DNA of 64,000 nt, taken from an uncultured Thermotogae bacterium. GTDB taxonomy: Bacteria; Bipolaricaulota; Bipolaricaulia; RBG-16-55-9; JAJCYT01. The stretch covers positions 3,497 to 67,496 of the forward strand of contig CAZNGF010000004.1 of NCBI GenBank assembly GCA_964572855.1. Reading direction: 5' to 3'. Every line of letters begins with the position of its first letter. Within the stretch, counting starts at the first letter, position 1. The notes beneath the pieces were generated by a model, which worked only from the letters and a program-made list of their open reading frames with translations, had not been told where the DNA came from and ran no database searches. Shown here in pieces: positions 63,536 to 64,000 of this stretch. The position numbers and the translations under genes are program-made.

Positions 63536-64000
63536 TCAAACGGCGCGCGGGTCGAGCACGGCTTGCTCACGAACCTGAAGCGCCGGCTCGACGCGCTCAA
63601 GGTAGCCGAGCCGGCGCATCTCGGGGCCGAGGTGCTTTTCGAACACGGCGAGCTGCTCGGGCGTGAGTTCGCGCTCGTGTCGGCCGGCCGATTGGTTTTT
63701 GACCGTACGCGTGTGCCGCAGCTTGCGGTCGCCGCCGTTGAGCGTGTTGTACCTGGAAAACGGCAGCAGTCGCTCGGGCTCGAGCCCGAGGTAGTCGAAC
63801 AGCGCCGCCAGCGTCGTGTCGGGATCGGCCACGAGGTCTTCGTAGTTGATCCGGTGCCAGCGGTGCTCATGCCGGAAGTAGTGTCGGTAGACGCGCTTCC
63901 AGCGCCGCAGCAGCCCGACGTCGACCCCGTGCTCGTGCCGTCCCTTGGGCCAGAACAGGTAGGCGTAACCCGACTCCAGGCTCGAGAGGTAGCTGTCGCG
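63536..64000 (-). CDS. sulfotransferase-family protein, C-terminal part (5' end beyond window)
   Basis: frame open to window edge; block WKRVYRHYFRHEHRWHRINYEDLVADP typical of sulfotransferase family C-termini. Confidence 0.55.
   Translation of the reverse strand, partial: RDSYLSSLESGYAYLFWPKGRHEHGVDVGLLRRWKRVYRHYFRHEHRWHRINYEDLVADPDTTLAALFDYLGLEPERLLPFSRYNTLNGGDRKLRHTRTVKNQSAGRHERELTPEQLAVFEKHLGPEMRRLGYLERVEPALQVREQAVLDPRAV

Overview
This is a 64-kb window of a high-GC (about 68-70%) bacterial chromosome with short lower-GC islets. Coding density is high on both strands, and the GC bias makes most long antisense ORFs in the six-frame track spurious. No rRNA, tRNA, CRISPR array or intact transposase/integrase was seen. 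Several promoters place an ATG 0-5 nt after the predicted start site (hpf, one esterase, an XRE regulator), which suggests frequent leaderless mRNAs.

Housekeeping genes that are well supported by sequence motifs include nadE, recF followed by a DUF721 (DciA-like) gene, a GT4 glycosyltransferase, class-II FBPase glpX, hpf, a UvrD/PcrA helicase, pyruvate phosphate dikinase, rpiA, an LDH-like mdh, an AlsS-like TPP enzyme, an aldehyde dehydrogenase, cysQ, polA, ruvC and yceD.

The most notable locus lies between an IscA-like gene and recF, at about 2560-3000. A sigma70-like promoter and an AT-rich stretch with two 13-mer-like repeats are followed by at least 11 DnaA-box-like 9-mers (five tandem TTTTCCACA, one inverted copy, five or six TTTTCAACA variants). 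No dnaA or dnaN is in the window, so this is a candidate chromosomal replication origin, or a DnaA titration/regulatory site.

Other points of interest:
- A 10-gene minus-strand cluster at 15.5-26.1 kb encodes an XRE-cupin regulator, a family-5 ABC importer (substrate-binding protein plus two permeases, no ATPase genes), tandem AstE/AspA deacylase paralogs, a class-III aminotransferase, an isochorismatase-like hydrolase and an M24 creatinase-type hydrolase, with a second M24 gene divergent. Its logic resembles ectoine-type (doeA/doeB/doeD) catabolism. The regulator promoter carries a perfect 14-bp palindrome in its -35/-10 spacer.
- Two copies of a previously unnoticed small basic protein family (53 and 65 aa) each sit in an AT-rich islet behind a near-consensus promoter. 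One promoter has a palindromic operator in its spacer, with a second copy downstream of the gene. The other copy is preceded by a 19-aa peptide ORF.
- A family of GC-rich hairpins with conserved GTAGGGGCGC / GCGCCCCTAC arms sits at gene 3' ends. A separate ~100-bp element occurs at two loci, each overlapping the 3' end of a minus-strand ORF.
- A 4-kb lower-GC island (37.7-41.7 kb) holds a WD40 protein, an MFS transporter, a Crp-like protein lacking its HTH, and a resolvase-like HTH fragment.
- A calcium-loop (EF-hand/dockerin-like) module is shared between a secreted type-1 cupredoxin and a secreted PQQ-type sugar dehydrogenase.
- Further items: a GGCT-O-methyltransferase fusion upstream of ppdK; a 40-aa secreted peptide translationally coupled to a 395-aa membrane protein with the same C-terminus and 14-nt direct repeats; tandem DinB/YfiT paralogs; an ArsR (CVC motif)/DHA2-MFS pair with a 12-2-12-like operator; pseudogene remnants of a TlpA-like gene and of pdxH.

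Coordinates are by eye and may be off by 1-3 nt.
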